43,027 nt of DNA from positions 1 through 43,027 of the forward strand of contig JARGFH010000032.1 in assembly GCA_029210695.1 (NCBI GenBank), given 5' to 3'. Every line of letters starts with the position of its first letter. Position 1 is the stretch's first letter. Positions 37,929 through 43,027 of this stretch are shown in pieces. The translations under genes and the position numbers were made by a program. The notes beneath the pieces were generated by a model, which saw only the letters and a list, made by a program, of their open reading frames with translations, had not been told where the DNA came from and did no database searches. The stretch is from Acidimicrobiia bacterium (GTDB lineage: Bacteria; Actinomycetota; Acidimicrobiia; Spongiisociales; JAHEDJ01).

Positions 37929-38150
37929 GCGAGTTGGTTCCCCGGGTTCGATTGGGCCACCGGGGACCATCCGGGCGCGCAGAGGGCACGTTGTCGTCAG
38001 GGAATCTTTCAACGTGTTTCCGGTGCCCGGGCTCGGACACGGGCGTCCGGCTTACCGGGCGCTCGTGGCTGCTCCAGCTCTTGGGGAGAGCAAGTGAACG
38101 GACGTGGGGACCTGAAAGAATCCCCCCTACATCGGGGGGATTCTTCGCTT
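37929..38150 (+). ncRNA. Candidate structured non-coding RNA
   Basis: Four consecutive hairpins, two with multiple G-U wobble pairs on the + strand. A possible -10 TAGTAT lies at 37917 and a terminator at 38116-38145. No credible ORF. Confidence 0.45.
38116..38145. terminator. Bidirectional intrinsic terminator
   Basis: AAGAATCCCCCC-tacatc-GGGGGGATTCTT, T-rich on both sides. Confidence 0.75.
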
Positions 38151-38169
38151 ATCGGGCCCGGTGGGGCGG

Positions 38170-39186
38170 TCACCGAGTCTTCTGCATGGCCCGGTGCTCG
38201 ATCGTGCCATCGGCGTGAAGGGCGAAGCGTCCTTCTGTTCTGGCATGCACGGGGTCCGGCCGGGACCATTCCCAGTCTCCGAACCCTGTTCGTCGGTAAT
38301 CGTCGACGGCGGTACGTAACTCCTCGGCGGAGTTCATGACGAACGGACCCATCTGGAATACCGGAGCCCCGATTGGCTTCCCCTGGAGGAGGAGAAGCTC
38401 GGCGGGCTCGCCGTTGTTGGCCATGGGTGCGGCTGGCTCCGACCGGAGAGTGACACCGCTTCCCTTCGCGATGCTCGTTGACGCAACGGTTACTTCGGAA
38501 CCTTCGAAGAAGTGCAGCATCCGGTTGGTTCCAGCCGGGGCAGCGGGGAGATCCCAGCGGGCGCCCGAACCGAGTCGGATCAACCAGATGCCCAGTTCTG
38601 TTCCTGATTGTGAAGCCCACGAATTCGGCGGAGCCGGCGGGCCATTGAGCCCGGCGAGGCTGCCGGCAATCACGTCCACCTCAACGCCGGGACCCGGCGA
38701 CAGCGTGGGGATGTCCTCACCCCACAGCATCGAGAAGTGGGCCGGCACCAGCTTTGACCCCGGGGGCAGATTGAGCCAGATCTGGAAGAGTTCGAGAGGA
38801 TTCGGGCCGGCCGGGTTGATGAGCGGGAACATCTCCGCATGCATGATCCCGTTTCCGGTGGTCAACCACTGGACGTCGCCCTCGCCATACCGGGCGGTCG
38901 CTCCTAGGGAATCGGAGTGGTCTACGTATCCCCGCCGGACCACCGTGACCGTTTCGAATCCCCGATGGGGGTGCTGCGGGAACCCGGGCACGCTGCTGCC
39001 GTGATACATGCTCCAACCGTCGAGATAAGAGAAGTCCGAACCGATGTTCCGACCGTTCAGCGGGGCGTCCGGCCCGAGGGCGGTGTTGCCGGCCGGATAG
39101 TCGTCGACGTGGTGCACAGTGAAGACGAACGGGTCGAGACCATCCCACGGAAAACCTAGTTCCACAACATCTAATACCGGATTCAT
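38170..39186 (-). CDS. Pirin-family protein
   Basis: DPFVFTVHH, GFPQHPHRGFETVT, HSDSLG, QWLTTGNGIMHAEM, QIWLNLP, GPFVMN. Confidence 0.94.
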   Translation of the reverse strand: MNPVLDVVELGFPWDGLDPFVFTVHHVDDYPAGNTALGPDAPLNGRNIGSDFSYLDGWSMYHGSSVPGFPQHPHRGFETVTVVRRGYVDHSDSLGATARYGEGDVQWLTTGNGIMHAEMFPLINPAGPNPLELFQIWLNLPPGSKLVPAHFSMLWGEDIPTLSPGPGVEVDVIAGSLAGLNGPPAPPNSWASQSGTELGIWLIRLGSGARWDLPAAPAGTNRMLHFFEGSEVTVASTSIAKGSGVTLRSEPAAPMANNGEPAELLLLQGKPIGAPVFQMGPFVMNSAEELRTAVDDYRRTGFGDWEWSRPDPVHARTEGRFALHADGTIEHRAMQKTR

Positions 39187-39270
39187 GAATCTCCCCTCGG
39201 ATCTGCAGTTAACAGTACGGAATGCGCAGAGCTATTGGATGAATCGTGTCTCCCTCCGATCGTCCGGCTG

Positions 39271-40182
39271 TCACAGCCCGGAATCGGGGCTCACTCGAGC
39301 GAGTTCGCGACGCGCCAGGCCGGACTTGATGAACAGCCAGGGTGCCCCATAGGCGCCCCAGAACCCCACGACCGCATAGCGGAGCAACCGGAACACGAGG
39401 GCGGGCTCCAGGCCGTTCAGGACGGTACGCAGGCCCCACCAGAGCACGACGAGGACGAAGCCGCCGACAACGAACCGACCTACCCTGGAAATGACTGGTC
39501 CGGCGGTCGCGAAGCGGAGAGAGCGCCGCTCGAGGATGACTCCGAAACCCATCCCGATGAAGGTTCCTCCGGCGGTGACGACGTCGTCGGTCGGTGCGGC
39601 GATCATCGCCATCAGGGGGAGTGCGGCGGTTAGTGCCAGTTGGCGGTTGAGAGGCAAACGACAGAACCACGCCTCGGCGCGCCGACCGTACTTCAGCCAG
39701 ACGAACAAGACGAGCATGCCCAGAATGAAGCCACCCAGGATGTCGGTGGGGAAGTGAACGCCCAGGTAGATCCGCGAAAGCCCGACGCCCAGCGTGAGCA
39801 AGCCGGCGAGAAACCAGACCCAGCGGCGTCTCGTCTCGGTGGCGATGAAGCCCCAGACCACCACTGCACTCTGGGTGTGCCCGCTGGGGAGTCCGTATCC
39901 GCTCGCGTCGACTAGGCGAACCACCCGGTCGTCGTACGTGAACGGACGTGGTTGGCCGCCTAGCGTCTTGGCGACGGTGTTCACGAGACTCGACGACAGG
40001 GTGACGATCATCAGGCGAACGCCGGTGGCACGGTCGACACTCCAGTAGACCAGGGGCAGCAAGATCAGGTAGAACTCCTCGTCACCCAGGAACGTGAAAG
40101 CCTTGAAGAGGGTGTCTAGTCCCGGGCTGAACTGCTGGAACCACAGGACGAGATCGATGCCTCGGTCGAGCAAGGTGTCCAT
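39271..40182 (-). CDS. PAP2-family membrane phosphatase
   Basis: K-x6-RP (KTLGGQPRP), PSGH, SRIYLGVHFPTD and multiple TM helices. Confidence 0.92.
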   Translation of the reverse strand: MDTLLDRGIDLVLWFQQFSPGLDTLFKAFTFLGDEEFYLILLPLVYWSVDRATGVRLMIVTLSSSLVNTVAKTLGGQPRPFTYDDRVVRLVDASGYGLPSGHTQSAVVVWGFIATETRRRWVWFLAGLLTLGVGLSRIYLGVHFPTDILGGFILGMLVLFVWLKYGRRAEAWFCRLPLNRQLALTAALPLMAMIAAPTDDVVTAGGTFIGMGFGVILERRSLRFATAGPVISRVGRFVVGGFVLVVLWWGLRTVLNGLEPALVFRLLRYAVVGFWGAYGAPWLFIKSGLARRELARVSPDSGL

Positions 40183-40349
40183 AGCGTCCTTTCGTGAGTC
40201 GAGAGCGTAGTGCGGGAGGTCGGGGCATCGAGGCCGTTGGTCGACAACGGGAAGCTCGAAAACTGCGCAGGGACTTCGTTTCTCTCCCGGGGAAGCATCC
40301 CACCCACAATCCGCCGCCTACTGCCAGATATGGGCAATACTGCAGATAT

Positions 40350-41404
40350 ATGACAGAATCGCGGCTTCTCGCCAGGGGGCCAACCGGACAGGATTCGGAC
40401 CGATTGTTTCGGATCCTTCACTCCTTCTCGGGCATCTCAACCGAGGCGGTTGTCATCCTGGGCACCGCCGGGGTGCTAGTGGTCCGTCGCGGATTTGGTG
40501 ACTTGGTCTCCTGCCGGACGATCCCCGCTGTGGCAGGGTTCGTGGCACTGCCTACCCCGGTCATCAAATAGCAGACAGACCACTAGCTACGAGCTTGGTC
40601 GAGTTCGTGACCGACTTCCGATTCCCGAACGGGATCGTCTTCGTCCTGATCGTCGGCGGGGTGGCCTTCCATGGCAGCGCCTCTGCCGGCGGTTCTCTAG
40701 CCCTTCTGGCGGGCGTCGGGCGGATTATCTCGACAGGTACGGCCGTCTCCAGGAATCCAACGACGTTCTCGGCCGCCGTTCTCGAAGGTTTGACGCTCGT
40801 AGCGCTCCTGCTCGGTTTTGTGATTCTCGCCGACGCCCTCAGCCGGACCATCGGCGCGTTGCAGGAACAGGCCTTGCGCGATCCACTCACCGGCGCGTTG
40901 AACACGCGCGGGTTCATGGAGCTGGGCGAGCGGGAGCGGTTGCGGGTCATCCGCGAAGGCCTTCCACTAACCGTAGCGTATTTCGACATCGATGGGCTGA
41001 AGGAATACAACGATCGGAAGGGCCATCAGGCAGGAGATCTCCTTCTGGTCGAGTTTGCCAAGGCAACAGCCACCACCATCCGGGCCTACGACGTCTTTGG
41101 CCGACTGGGTGGGGACGAGTTTGCCCTGATCCTCCCGGCCACCGATCAGCAGGAAGCGTTCGGCGCGGTAGGCCGGATCCATGATCAACTTGGGGGGAAG
41201 AGCGCCGTCGTGTCGGTGAGCGTCGGCGTCGTGACCTACGCGACACCCACCGACCCGCTCGAGGGTCTCCTGCAGGCGGCAGACGACTTGATGTATCAGG
41301 CGAAACAGGCCGGCGGTAACCGTCTGGTGGGTAGCGTCAGATCGCTGGAGTCGGCGTCAGTCGAGGAGCCTGTTGACTTGGCCAGGCTGACCGAACCGGA
41401 CTGA
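40350..41404 (+). pseudogene. Membrane-anchored GGDEF diguanylate cyclase with a disrupted N-terminus (intact frame 40595-41404)
   Basis: DPLTGALN, DIDGLKEYNDRKGHQAGD, I-site RAYD, GGDEF. The 5' TM-coding part from ATG 40350 is in another frame and stops at 40571. Confidence 0.7.
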
Positions 41405-41467
41405 CGGCCGTGTCCTTTGTCGGTCCCACCCTCGCGCCGGTTGCGGTCTTATGTCATGATGGCGGTC

Positions 41468-41545
41468 ATGAAACAGCGCCCCGCCGGTACCTGGCCGTCT
41501 CCCGTCACCGCCGCGTGTCGGACCGGGCCGTACCTGCGCCGATGA
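41468..41545 (+). pseudogene. N-terminal remnant of an S9 (prolyl oligopeptidase-family) peptidase
   Basis: MKQRPAGTWPSPVTAA matches the typical APYGSWxSPITA start, then diverges and stops after 25 codons. Confidence 0.55.
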
Positions 41546-41970
41546 CGCAGGTACGGCGGATACCCGATTCTCCATTGAGCCAGCCCGATTTCTTCGTGGG
41601 TTGGTGGGAGATTGTCTTCCACACCAGAGATGGTGAGCAGACAGACGTCACCGGCATCATCGAGCACGTCGACGCTGCCGGTCGCTTCACGGTGTTCAGG
41701 GGCGGCGAACGCATCGGCGCCGGCCGCCACGTCGACTTCACGGTCGACCCGGACGGCTTCACCAACGTGCAGGAAGTCCCTGGCGCACACAAGCAGATTG
41801 GGCGCGAGCTTGCGGTCTACCGGTTCAGCGGGGACGTGTTGGAGGTCTGTAAGGCCAGCGAGCACACTGGTTGTCCAACGAGCTTCGCATCGCCTCGCGG
41901 GAGCGGGTGGACCCACGTTGCGATCCGCCGGATCAGCGACGATCACCCACGTATCGGCGCCCAGCGCTAA
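41542..41970 (+). CDS. TIGR03067-like (Planctomycetes-type uncharacterised) domain protein
   Basis: C-terminal AVYRFSGDVLEVC....PTSFASPRGSGWTHVAIRR resembles the family pattern GIYxLxGDxLxIC...RPxxFxSxxGSG. Confidence 0.6.
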   Translation: MTQVRRIPDSPLSQPDFFVGWWEIVFHTRDGEQTDVTGIIEHVDAAGRFTVFRGGERIGAGRHVDFTVDPDGFTNVQEVPGAHKQIGRELAVYRFSGDVLEVCKASEHTGCPTSFASPRGSGWTHVAIRRISDDHPRIGAQR

Positions 41971-42473
41971 GGCTCGCTCGGGCGATCGATATCGACAGCT
42001 GCATCGTCCTCGTCAGGAAGCACGAGATCCGGCAGATGGGGCGCAAGGCGTCGCCACGCTTGGTGTTCGCCGCGGAGCAGGGCAGGCGAGCGCCGAGGTG
42101 AGGATGTGTGGGTAATCCGTCGCCGGTTTGGTGGAATGGGCGATATCCCTCGGTATCAGTTGTTCGGCGTTCCAGTTGCGTCCGAGGAGATCCACGGCGA
42201 CGAAGGCGCCGGTTCAGGCATGTCGAGGAACGAGGCCGACGGGACGGACCGCAGGGTCGAGTATTACTCGCACATCCTCCTGAAGGTTATGGTCAGCAAC
42301 CGTCGCTTTGCGGATGTCGCCCGAGCATGTCGCTCGCTCACAGGCGTGCGGGCACGGCGAATACGACGTTTTGCCGCTGGGATTCGCCTTCAGGGCCCGC
42401 CTTCGCCTCTAGCGGGCTGCCCAACCGGGGGTGATAATGGAGTTAGCCCCTGAACGCCGAGAAGGTGCGACCG

Positions 42474-42908
42474 ATGAAAGCCACCAAGACCGTGCACGTC
42501 GACGCGACGCCGGAACAAGTGCTCTCCTTCATGCTCGATACGACCGCCACCCCGCCGGGGATGACGATGGAGGCCGTGTACGAGAGTCCAGATGTTGTGG
42601 GCAACTCGTACGAATGGACTTTCAAGATGCTCGGCATGCCACGCAAAGGGGTGACGGTCTACACCGACTACGTCCCCGGCGAGCGAATTGCCGTCCGGAA
42701 CTTCGGAGCGATGGAGGGAACCCAAACGGAGACCGTCGAGCCGGACAATGGTGGGTCGAAGGTGACCCACGAAATAGACAGCTGCCTTGCCGTCCCCTTG
42801 ATCAGCCGTTTCCTCGACCCCATGCTGCGAAAGGGGTGGGAGAAGAACCTCGAGTGGGGCAAGCGGGAGATTGAGAAGCGGGCGAAGGGCAAGAAGGCAA
42901 CCGCCTAG
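42474..42908 (+). CDS. SRPBCC/START-family protein
   Basis: TVHVDATPEQV start, YVPGERI, EPDNGGSKVT and a C-terminal helix NLEWGKREIE. RBS AAGG. Confidence 0.8.
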   Translation: MKATKTVHVDATPEQVLSFMLDTTATPPGMTMEAVYESPDVVGNSYEWTFKMLGMPRKGVTVYTDYVPGERIAVRNFGAMEGTQTETVEPDNGGSKVTHEIDSCLAVPLISRFLDPMLRKGWEKNLEWGKREIEKRAKGKKATA

Positions 42909-43027
42909 CTGCACGTGCCCCGTAGGCCGTCCGAGGCCGAGCCATGCCCTCAGTGACGCCGCTCGCTGAAATTCCCCAGGGTTGCTCATCGAAATTCCTC
43001 ACCTTGGGTTGGGTTTGGATGCTAGTT

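Noticed and set aside
37693..38620. ORFs overlapping the whiB-pirin spacer
   Set aside because: They overlap whiB or pirin or cross the terminator, and have no protein-like character. An RNA structure explains the spacer better.

Overview
GC-rich actinobacterial chromosome segment spanning the replication origin; Acidimicrobiia-like by gene order and protein style (inference). Left arm: a 5'-truncated mosaic vWA surface protein, an arginine biosynthesis cluster (argC-J-B-D, then argR-G-H; no argF) with paired ARG boxes, an M1 lipoprotein peptidase, a CCA-adding enzyme, an orphan PilT ATPase, and a histone-deacetylase-family gene divergent from GNAT-DegV. These are followed by the conserved pseudokinase-sigM-anti-sigma-trxB-trxA-cwlM block. 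Centre: parB-parA-rsmG with two parS sites, jag-yidC-yidD-rnpA-rpmH, dnaA, oriC with DnaA boxes and DnaA-trios, then dnaN-recF-DUF721-gyrB-gyrA-DUF3566. Right arm: a hypothetical protein, whiB, a candidate ~220-nt structured ncRNA, pirin, PAP2 phosphatase, a frameshifted GGDEF gene, a TIGR03067-like gene and an SRPBCC gene. Best leads: the candidate ncRNA divergent from whiB; the HDAC/GNAT/DegV acylation module; an SDR gene stump cut off at a heptamer repeat where argF normally lies; an unusual GyrA QRDR (HPHSNDA); and a haloarchaeal-like domain inserted into the vWA protein. No CRISPR, rRNA, tRNA or transposase was seen. All family assignments come from motif recognition by eye; no searches were run.
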